A DNA stretch of 64,000 nucleotides from an uncultured Chloroflexia bacterium (GTDB taxonomy: Bacteria > Chloroflexota > Anaerolineae > Anaerolineales > Anaerolineaceae): contig CAVUNY010000006.1 of NCBI GenBank assembly GCA_963743005.1, positions 109,976 through 173,975 of the forward strand, in the 5' to 3' direction. Shown here one piece after another: positions 56,435 to 64,000 of this stretch (positions are counted from its first letter, which is position 1; each line of letters begins with the position of its first letter). The translations under genes and the position numbers were made by a program. The notes below the pieces were generated by a model that made no database searches, was not told the origin of the DNA, and worked only from the letters and a program-made list of their open reading frames with translations.

Positions 56435-58822
56435 TTAGATCCCTAATTCTACCCGCACCTCCCGCACCCAGTCCGCGGGGAAGGGCACAATGTTGCCCGC
56501 CAGCGGCTGTCCATCCACCCGCAGTCCAATCGCAGCGGCTGTGTTACTCACGGTGATGTGGTAGGTTACCCCGCGGAAAACGCGCCGGGCGGTATATCCA
56601 GGCCAGGCCCGCGGCAGGACCGGGGCGATCTGCAGGCCGCTGAAGGTTGGGCGGATGCCGAGCAGGTATTGGGTGCCCGCCAGATAGGTCCAGGCGGCGG
56701 TGCCGGTCAGCCAGGTGTTGCGCCCCATGCCGTACTGCGGATGTTCCGGGCCGCAGATATTCTGGCAATAGACGTAAGGTTCGGCCAGGTAGGTGTCCGC
56801 GTCGCTGCGCGTCAGGGGCAGCACCTGGCGGTAGTACTGGTAGGCGCGGTCTCCCCAACCCAATTGGGCGGCGGCGGCGATGGCCCAGGCATTGGCGTGG
56901 CAGAAGATGCTGCCGTTTTCCTTGGCCCCAGGCGGGTAGGTTGTCGTGCCGCGGATGCGCTCGTCGAAGGCGCGGTAAGCCGGGGCCAGCAGGCACACCC
57001 CATAAGGGGTGTTCAGGCGCTGGTCGACGCTGTCCATAGCCTGTTCCTGGCGCTCGCGCGGGCCGGCCTCGCCCAGCACGGCCCAGGTCTGCGAATTTAG
57101 GTTGATCTGGTGAAAAGCCTCGGAGCTGACCCCTACCGGCAGGCCCTGGTCGTCGTACGCGCGCGCGTACCACTCCCCGTCCCAGCAGGCGGCGTTAATC
57201 CGCTCTGCCATTTCGGCGTGCAGGTCCAAAAGGCGCCGGCGCTGGTCTTCTTTGCCCAGGGCGGCGCACACCTCCGCCAGGTCGAGGGCCGCCCGGCAGA
57301 ACTGCTGCCCGCACCACACCAATTCGGCCTTCCCGCTGCCGTGGTCCAGGTTCATGGTATCGTCCCAGTCGGAGAACCCCAGGCGCGGCAGGCCGTGCGG
57401 CCCGCGGTGGTCGAGGGTGAACTGCACCGCCTGGAGGATGTGCCCCCATACGCTTTCGTCGTCGGCGCTGCCGTCCCAGTAAGCCACCCGCTGGTCGAGG
57501 TAGGCGAAGTCGCCCGTTTCGCGCAGGTAAGCCGCGCTGGCGATCACCAGCCACAGATGGTCGTCACAGAACCACTGCGGCCAGGTCGGGAATTCCCCGG
57601 CCAACCCTGGCCCGCCCTCGCCAGTCAGGGGGAAGACCTGGTGCCAGGTATGCCCGTCCAAAAACTGCAGGCGCCACAACGCTTCCAGGGTGTGGCGCGC
57701 CAGCAGCGGCTCGGACTGGACGGTGGCCAGGGTGTCCTGGGCCGAATCGCGCGTGCCCATCCCGCGCCCCAGGCCGCTTTCGTAGGCGGAGACAAAGCGC
57801 GACCAGTAGAGCGTGGTGCGGCACTGCAGCGGGTTCCAGAAGTTGAGCATGGCGTTCATTTCGGCGTCTGGAGTCTGCACCGAGAACGAGTTCAGGTAAG
57901 CCGCCCAATCGGCTTTCAGCGCCTGGAAGGCGGCCTGCACTTCGCCGGGCTGGCGGAAGCGTGAAATTTCGGCCCGGATTGCGTCCAAATCTTCGCCGGT
58001 CCCCAGGATATAAATCAAGACGGTTTCCTCGCCCGGGGCCAGTTCCAGGTCGTGGCACAGTGCGGCGATGTTGTTGCCGCGCGGGGCCAGGCTGCCCTGC
58101 GGCTGCCCGCTTTCGACTACCTGCGGGTTCGACAGGTCGCGGGCGCGCCCGATGAAGACCTCGCGGTCGGTATCGAACCCGGTCGGAGGCTGGCTGGCGC
58201 CAAAGAAGATGATTTCGGGGCGGAACTGGGTCGAGGTGTACACCACACCGTCTTCCACCCGGGAATGGACGATGTGCGCCGCCCAATCCAGGTTGGTCAT
58301 GTCCGTCAGGGCGTCAAAGTAGCTGAACTCGGCGTAGCTGAAGGAGCGCAGGCGGCGGGGCCGGCTGCCCAGGTTCTTGACGGTCAGCTGCCAGACCTCG
58401 CAAGATGCTCCCGGCGGGACAAAATACAACAGCTCGGCGGCGATCGCCTGGTAACGGCTGCGGATGCGCGTATAGGCGGCCCCATGCCGGCATTCATACC
58501 CTTCCAGCTCACGGGCCGGGATAGGCTGCCAGGTCGGGCTCCAATATTCGCCGGTTTCCTGGTCGCGCAGATAGACGTAGCGCCCCGGCTGGTCGGCCGG
58601 GATGCCGTTGTAGCGGTAGCGCGTCACCCGCCGGTTTTTGGGGTCGCGGTCGAAGGAATAACCGCCGGCGGTGTTGGAAATAATCCCACCGTAGCGCCCT
58701 TCGCCCAGATAATTGATCCAGGGGGAAGGGGTGTCGGGGCGGGTGATGACGTATTCGCGCGCGGCCGTATCGAAATAGCCGTAACGATTGGGAGAGAGTT
58801 GGGCGTCTGGTTCGGGAATCAT
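56435..58822 (-). CDS. GH94-like glycoside phosphorylase (cellobiose/cellodextrin/chitobiose phosphorylase family).
   Basis: The N-terminus YGYFDTAAREYVITRPDTPSPWINYLG…ISNTAGGYSF…TRYRYNGIP is recalled as characteristic of cellobiose phosphorylases. The protein is 795 aa. Confidence 0.7.
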   Translation of the reverse strand: MIPEPDAQLSPNRYGYFDTAAREYVITRPDTPSPWINYLGEGRYGGIISNTAGGYSFDRDPKNRRVTRYRYNGIPADQPGRYVYLRDQETGEYWSPTWQPIPARELEGYECRHGAAYTRIRSRYQAIAAELLYFVPPGASCEVWQLTVKNLGSRPRRLRSFSYAEFSYFDALTDMTNLDWAAHIVHSRVEDGVVYTSTQFRPEIIFFGASQPPTGFDTDREVFIGRARDLSNPQVVESGQPQGSLAPRGNNIAALCHDLELAPGEETVLIYILGTGEDLDAIRAEISRFRQPGEVQAAFQALKADWAAYLNSFSVQTPDAEMNAMLNFWNPLQCRTTLYWSRFVSAYESGLGRGMGTRDSAQDTLATVQSEPLLARHTLEALWRLQFLDGHTWHQVFPLTGEGGPGLAGEFPTWPQWFCDDHLWLVIASAAYLRETGDFAYLDQRVAYWDGSADDESVWGHILQAVQFTLDHRGPHGLPRLGFSDWDDTMNLDHGSGKAELVWCGQQFCRAALDLAEVCAALGKEDQRRRLLDLHAEMAERINAACWDGEWYARAYDDQGLPVGVSSEAFHQINLNSQTWAVLGEAGPRERQEQAMDSVDQRLNTPYGVCLLAPAYRAFDERIRGTTTYPPGAKENGSIFCHANAWAIAAAAQLGWGDRAYQYYRQVLPLTRSDADTYLAEPYVYCQNICGPEHPQYGMGRNTWLTGTAAWTYLAGTQYLLGIRPTFSGLQIAPVLPRAWPGYTARRVFRGVTYHITVSNTAAAIGLRVDGQPLAGNIVPFPADWVREVRVELGI

Positions 58823-58999
58823 AGGTTTTCCTCGTGTACCTATGATTATCGCATATTTAGCGAGCGCGGCGCCCCTCAGGCATAGAAAGGAATTTGTTCA
58901 CCTGTTTTTCGGATAGATTCTTAGTTTTATTGAGCTGGCAGATCGGATAAAATGATAGAAAGGGAATGAATTCCTGAAATATAAAAAAGGGGATGAGGG

Positions 59000-60450
59000 A
59001 TGATATCGAAACCGCCATCGGTTGGGGGACGGGTTTTGCTGGCAGTTTTGCTCACCGTTGGTTTTTACAGTCTGGCTTTAGGGGTGGCGGGGCTGCTGCT
59101 GTTCATCGTCTATGCTGAATTTGCGCTTATTCACCGGGTCAATTTTCAAATCACCCTGGTTTGCCTGGTTGGGGCAGGTACCATCTTATGGGCGATCCTG
59201 CCCCGTCTTGGGCATTTCGTAGATCCAGGACCTCGCCTGGATGCCGAGAAACAGCCCAACTTGTTTGCTGAGATCCAACTGATTGCCCGCGCAACCGGGC
59301 AGAAGATGCCAGCCCAGGTCTACCTGATCGGGGATGTGAATGCATTTGTGGCGGAGGTCGGCGGGTAATGGGGATTGGTCTGCCGCTGCTGTCTGCCCTG
59401 ACGATCTCACAACTGCGGGCAGTGATGGCGCATGAATTTGGCCATTATTTTACCGGCGACACCCGCCTGGGTCCAATGATCTACCAGATCCGTACGACCA
59501 TCATCCGTACCATCCAGCATTTGGGCGGGCGGTCATGGCTGCAGGCGCCTTTTGTATGGTACGGCCAACTTTTTCTGCGCATTACCCATGCCGTGTCACG
59601 GCGGCAGGAATTTTCGGCTGACGAGCTGTCAGCCAGGCTGGTCGGAGCCAGGGCAGCGATCGAGGGTCTGCGTGCCATTCACGGGGTTGTGGCAGCCTTC
59701 CCGGCTTATATTCAGAACGAAGTGTTCCCGATCTTTTTAGCGGGATATTACCCACCGTTGAGCGAGGGGTTTTCTCAATTTATTGGGGTAGAACGGATCG
59801 CTGACAGCATGGAAGGTTTAGTGGAAGACATCCTCGAGAGCGAAAAACCTGATCCTTATCGCACGCACCCTGCTCTGAAACAGCGTATATCTGCGCTCGA
59901 AGCCTTGCCTGCGGCAGCGGTGGTTAGCAACGACCGCCCGGCCTTCAATCTTTTGACCAGCGATGTGGGCCTTGAAAGGCAGTTGATGAATTTCATGTTC
60001 GACGGCGAAAAAATCCGCGATTTGAAACCGGTTGCCTGGCAGGAGGTGGGGGCGGTTGTTTACATTCCGGCCTGGCGGATTGTGGCGAAACAATTCCAGG
60101 CAAGTTTGGCTGGTCTCACGCCTGGCAATCTGCCTGAGTTTGGGTTATCTCCCGACAGGTTGATCGAACAAATCAAGCAATCGTCTCCCAGGCCACCGAC
60201 TGCGGAGGAACTGTCCAACCACGTTCAATACGTGGTGGGGGCGGCATTGGGGGTTGCGCTGATCGACAGCGGTTGGGAATTATCAGCCGGGGTGGGCGAG
60301 GATTTCCATCTGAAGTGCGAGGATGTGGATGTACAGCCTTTCGCATTGGTGAAAAAACTGCGAACAGATGCCGCCGCAGGGGATAGCTGGCGTTTGATCT
60401 GCATGCAAACCGGGATCGCCAACCTGGATTTAGCCGCGGCGTTCGCCTGA
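59000..60450 (+). pseudogene. M48-family (HtpX-like) zinc metallopeptidase, split by a frame break at 59366-59370.
   Basis: The N-terminal TM piece ends …VNAFVAEVGG* and the next frame continues MGIGLPLLSALTISQLRAVMAHEFGHY. This is one M48 architecture across TAATG within a G-run. Confidence 0.7.
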
Positions 60451-60555
60451 AAAATGCAATCCATGCTGCCCGGCGTGGCCGGCTCACCCCAAGTGGCTGG
60501 CGGCCTTCCTCAAGGTGCTGGGCACCAAAATCGAGGTCTGAGGCCGGTAACGAAT

Positions 60556-61767
60556 TTAGAAAGTCCGGCTGCCGCCCATGCTCTGGCTTTTCAGATAATC
60601 CCGGTTGCGGCGGATTAAATCCAGGCGCTGTTGGACGCAGGCCGCGGAGCGCAGCGGGTCTTCGGGGGTATGCAGGCAGTAATCCACCAGCTTTTCCACG
60701 CTGCTGGTGGCGACGTGGCAGCGCGTGTCCGATGAGGCGTAGTAGATGAAAACTCGCCCGTCTTCTTTGGCGACCACCCCGTTGCAGAACACCACGTCCG
60801 AAACATCGCCGGTGCGTTCCTCTCCCTGCGGCGCCAACAGGTAGCCCGCCGGGCGGTGGGTCACCTGCCAGGGCTCACTCAGGTCACTCAAGAAGAGGTA
60901 GAGCACGTAGCGCAGCCCGGCAGCGTTGGCCCGCACCCCGTGGGCGATGTGCAGCCAGCCGGCCTCGGTTTTAATCGGGGCCGGACCCTGCCCATTTTTC
61001 CCTTCTTTAATCGTATGGTAGACGCGCGGCTCGAAGACAAGCTCGTCCTCGATCACCGCCGGGTTCATGCTTGGTGAAAGCCCCCAGCCGATCCCGCCGC
61101 CGGTGGCTTCGAGGAAGTTATCCATGGGGCGGGTGTAAAAGCCGTATTGGCCGGCGATGAATTCAGGGTGCAGCACCACGTTGCGCTGTTGGGGCGAAGG
61201 CGTTTTTAAGTCTGGCAGTCGTTCCCAGGTTTTCAGGTCGTGGGTGCGGGCCAGGCCGCCCTGCGCGTCGGCGGCGCTGGTGTCTCCCGGCGGCGCCGAG
61301 CGATCCCTGCGCTCGGTGCAGAACAGGCCATAAATCCAACCGTCCTCATGCTTGACCAGGCGCATGTCGTAGACGTTGATATCCGGATCTTCGGTCTCGG
61401 GCATGACCAGCGGCTCGGGCCAAAACTGGAAGCCGTCCACCCCGCTTTCGCTCTCGGCCACGGCGAAAAAGGATTTGCGGTCGTAACCCTCGGTGCGCGC
61501 CACCAGCAGGATTTTGCCGTCCATTTCAATCGCGCCCGGGTTAAACGCGGCGTTGATCCCCAGGCGTTCGATCAGGAAGGGGTTGGTGTGCGGGTTGAAA
61601 TCGTAGCGCCAGCTCAAAGGCACGTGGGCCGCAGTCAGCACCGGGTCGCGCCAGCGCTCGAACAGGCCGTTATCCCAGCTCTCGTCGATTTCGTTCTTGC
61701 GTTTGATTAACAAGCGGTGCTCGCGCACCAGTTTTGCCAGACGGTTTTGAAACATCACTTCGTCCAT
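60556..61767 (-). CDS. GH130 glycoside phosphorylase (4-O-beta-D-mannosyl-D-glucose / beta-mannoside phosphorylase family).
   Basis: The N-terminus MFQNRLAKLVREHRLLIKRKNE…WDNG…FNPG matches the GH130 MGP family. Confidence 0.75.
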   Translation of the reverse strand: MDEVMFQNRLAKLVREHRLLIKRKNEIDESWDNGLFERWRDPVLTAAHVPLSWRYDFNPHTNPFLIERLGINAAFNPGAIEMDGKILLVARTEGYDRKSFFAVAESESGVDGFQFWPEPLVMPETEDPDINVYDMRLVKHEDGWIYGLFCTERRDRSAPPGDTSAADAQGGLARTHDLKTWERLPDLKTPSPQQRNVVLHPEFIAGQYGFYTRPMDNFLEATGGGIGWGLSPSMNPAVIEDELVFEPRVYHTIKEGKNGQGPAPIKTEAGWLHIAHGVRANAAGLRYVLYLFLSDLSEPWQVTHRPAGYLLAPQGEERTGDVSDVVFCNGVVAKEDGRVFIYYASSDTRCHVATSSVEKLVDYCLHTPEDPLRSAACVQQRLDLIRRNRDYLKSQSMGGSRTF

Positions 61768-61788
61768 AAGGATTCCCTTTTTATTCTA

Positions 61789-61862
61789 ACCACGGAGTGC
61801 TTTGAATTATCGTTCACCTGAAAGGAGGAAAATCCTACCACAGAGTCACAGAGGCGCAGAGG
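61789..61862 (-). repeat. Two elements of the CACAGAG/CTCCGTGGT family in the GH130 5' region (61837-61862 and 61789-61798).
   Basis: The sense-strand read is CCTCTGCGCCTCTGTGACTCTGTGGT … CACTCCGTGGTTAGAATAAAAAGGGAATCCTT-ATG. Compare TCTCCGTGGTTAGATCT… upstream of the nitroreductase. Confidence 0.55.
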
Positions 61863-62022
61863 TTTCGTCGTTATTTTAGATCCAAAATGGATCCCATTCT
61901 TTTAAACAAAACCAGGAAGAGCAGGTGGAGGGGCGAGGCCAGGGCAGAACTGCCGGATGTAAATTCCTCTTTTTGCCTCGCCCTTACCATTCTGAAAGGG
62001 GTAGGGGATGCGATGAGGTCCT

Positions 62023-63279
62023 CTACCGATACTTGTTTACGGCCTCATACACCGCCAGCAGGTTCTCCACCGGAGTGCGGGCCTGGATATTGTGGATCGA
62101 GTTGAACACGAACCCGCCGCCCTCGCCAAAGATTGCCATGCGTTCGCGCACGTCCGCTCGCACCTGGTCGGGGGTGCCAAAGGGCAATATTTTCTGCGTA
62201 TCCACCCCGCCGCCCCAGAAAACAAGGTCGGCGCCAAATTGAGTTTTTAAACCACCGGCTTCCATCCCGGTGGCCGAGGTCTGCACCGGGTTGAGGATGT
62301 CGAAGCCGGCTTCGATAAAATGCGGGAGGAGCGCATTGACCGACCCACAGGAATGAATAAAGCTTTTCCAGGGGGTGTGCTGGTGGATCCAGTCGTTGAC
62401 CACTTTATGGAAGGGCATGTACAGCGTGCGGTAAGACCGGGGGGAGATGAACGGCCCGGCCTGGGTGCCGAAGTCCGTGCCGGTGACGAAGATCGCGCAC
62501 ACCCGGTCGCCGACCACCGCGTAGATTTTTTCCAGGTTCGCCAGGCCGATCGCGCACTGCCGTTCGAAGACCTCATGGATATAGTCCTGGCGCGACACGG
62601 TGCTGATATACCATTCGGTCACGTCGCGGATGCCCTTGGGATGTTTCAGCCAAGGGGCCGGCACCAGAGCAATGTCTCCGAAGCCTGTGCCGCCAAAATT
62701 TGCCAGGATGGCCTTATCGGTAGTGGTATACAGGCGCTCAGCTTCTGCCGCCAGATAGGCCAGGTCGTCCGCGGAAATGGGGCCGAACTCTTCGAGGTTA
62801 TCGACCGGGTCGAGGTGGTCGTCGTCGATCGGCGGCTGGCGGATCAGGGTGTCGAAATAGTAGCCATCTTCGGGCATCTTGCCGCTGGGCGGGGCAGCGT
62901 GGTCGCCGTCCGGATACATGAAGACGCTGCCGTCCGCTTCCGGTTGGGTATTGAAACCCTCCGGCACCAGCACCGGCGTCCCGTTGAAGTCCCACGGTTT
63001 CCAACCCTGGTTGCGGAAACCGAACAGGGTCTCGCGTTTTCCCAGGGGAAGCACGTCCACGCCCAGGGTATCTATCAGGTCCGGGGCGATCTCACCCAGC
63101 ATCTGGTACGGCTCAACCACCTTGACCGGTGTGCCCGGCGGGTCGAGCTTTAATGCCTGGCGCAGCAGGTAAACGGAGGCGACATGCATCCCTGTAACCG
63201 CGCTGGCCCCCAGGTCCAGCGGGATGTGGTCTGGCGCACGATGGTTGAGGGCGGCGATCACCCTTTGGCGAGAGTTCAT
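62023..63279 (-). CDS. Uroporphyrinogen decarboxylase (URO-D) family protein (MtaA/CmuA-like methyltransferase fold).
   Basis: The protein has …NHRAPDHIPLDLG… and …FIHSCGSVNALLPHFIEAGFDILNPVQ…, typical of URO-D-like proteins. Confidence 0.7.
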   Translation of the reverse strand: MNSRQRVIAALNHRAPDHIPLDLGASAVTGMHVASVYLLRQALKLDPPGTPVKVVEPYQMLGEIAPDLIDTLGVDVLPLGKRETLFGFRNQGWKPWDFNGTPVLVPEGFNTQPEADGSVFMYPDGDHAAPPSGKMPEDGYYFDTLIRQPPIDDDHLDPVDNLEEFGPISADDLAYLAAEAERLYTTTDKAILANFGGTGFGDIALVPAPWLKHPKGIRDVTEWYISTVSRQDYIHEVFERQCAIGLANLEKIYAVVGDRVCAIFVTGTDFGTQAGPFISPRSYRTLYMPFHKVVNDWIHQHTPWKSFIHSCGSVNALLPHFIEAGFDILNPVQTSATGMEAGGLKTQFGADLVFWGGGVDTQKILPFGTPDQVRADVRERMAIFGEGGGFVFNSIHNIQARTPVENLLAVYEAVNKYR

Positions 63280-63344
63280 ACTTCCACCTCTCAGATTGAC
63301 TTTTTGCGGAAATGGTTTAATCTACCTTTATTATAGGGCGTTTT

Positions 63345-63815
63345 CTACATTCGGATCACGACAACCTGCCCGCCGTTTGCCCGCAGCAGCTCGTCCGAGG
63401 CGATACGCACCAGGGATGTTTCGCTGCCGCCGCCGGTGTACACCAGGCGGCGTTCGAAAATGCGCGGGTCGATCAAAAAAGTCGCCGGGAAGCCAAAGGA
63501 CGGCGTGCCCCCGCACGGGAATCCAGTCAGCGCCAGAAATTCGTCCGGTTTTGCCAGGCGCGGGGTGGGTGTGCCGAGCAGCTTGCCCACTTTGACCGCG
63601 CTGGCCCGGTCCTCGCCTTTGACGATGGCTACCACCAGGTCGCCGGCATTGGTCATGAGGCAGATGTTCTTGACGAAGTCATCGGGAGCCGCCCCGACCA
63701 CCGCGGCAGCCTCAGCCACAGAATGGCAGGATTGTTCGAAGGAGAGATGCTCGCATTGAATGCCGCGGGCGGCGATGGCTGCCCGGATTTTGGCTTCGTA
63801 GGGGTCGTCGCGCAT
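63345..63815 (-). CDS. YbaK/ProX-type aminoacyl-tRNA deacylase domain protein.
   Basis: The protein has …SVAEAAAVVG… and …TGFPCGGTPSFGF… motifs. Confidence 0.7.
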   Translation of the reverse strand: MRDDPYEAKIRAAIAARGIQCEHLSFEQSCHSVAEAAAVVGAAPDDFVKNICLMTNAGDLVVAIVKGEDRASAVKVGKLLGTPTPRLAKPDEFLALTGFPCGGTPSFGFPATFLIDPRIFERRLVYTGGGSETSLVRIASDELLRANGGQVVVIRM

Positions 63816-63818
63816 CGT

Positions 63819-64000
63819 TCACCTCGCCATCCAGCCGCCGTCCACCACCAGGACATGACCGTTGATATAGCTGGCAGCCGGCGAGGCCAGGAAAACCGCC
63901 GCCCCGGCCAGGTCTTCAGGCAGTCCCCACCGTCCGGCGGGGATGCGCTCGTTGATCGACCGGCTGCGCTGGGGGTCGGCTTTCAGGGCGGTGTTCATCT
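63819..64000 (-). CDS. SDR family oxidoreductase, C-terminal fragment (the gene continues beyond the window).
   Basis: The minus-frame translation …[38 protein letters not shown] is the canonical SDR C-terminus. Confidence 0.7.
   Translation of the reverse strand, partial: MNTALKADPQRSRSINERIPAGRWGLPEDLAGAAVFLASPAASYINGHVLVVDGGWMAR

Overview
This is a 64 kb window from a high-GC bacterial chromosome, coding-dense on both strands. Ala/Pro-rich lipoprotein linkers and an Elp3 homolog are compatible with Chloroflexota or Actinobacteria-like genomes; that is inference only. Most of the content is carbohydrate catabolism. I see a 5'-truncated GH39-like gene plus a full tandem paralog, and an operon of racemase-like, sugar-phosphate isomerase (two paralogs), split transketolase and 3-hydroxyacid dehydrogenase genes. 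There are two GH4 enzymes (one frameshifted), a PfkB kinase, a GntR/HutC regulator and a PotABCD-type ABC transporter with a frameshifted binding protein. Further on are GH88/105, GH94-like and GH130 phosphorylases, a rhamnose mutarotase and a URO-D-like protein. Other content: a SulP transporter, Mrp/ApbC, a strong sigma70 promoter driving a tRNA (anticodon reads GCG), and an HTH-cupin regulator fused to a NifX-like domain. A membrane-integrity operon is present (NfeD, flotillin, PspA-like protein, non-canonical 2-TM channel), alongside two TPR proteins. Low-GC islets carry an orphan RHH protein plus hypotheticals, an IS element with about 40 bp inverted ends, and a McrBC restriction system next to a tandem tRNA-Gln pair. 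There is also a bacterial Elp3 (radical-SAM/GNAT) and an M48 peptidase (frameshifted). The most notable call is an AhpD/CMD-family gene whose catalytic CxxC motif is interrupted by an in-frame TGA at the second Cys, followed by a SECIS-like hairpin 11 nt downstream; I read this as a candidate selenoprotein that the ORF track splits in two. A short CACAGAG/CTCCGTGGT-based sequence family recurs just upstream of four genes in sense orientation. Three genes show single-site frame breaks at G/A homopolymers, which may be assembly indels. No CRISPR array or rRNA was found.
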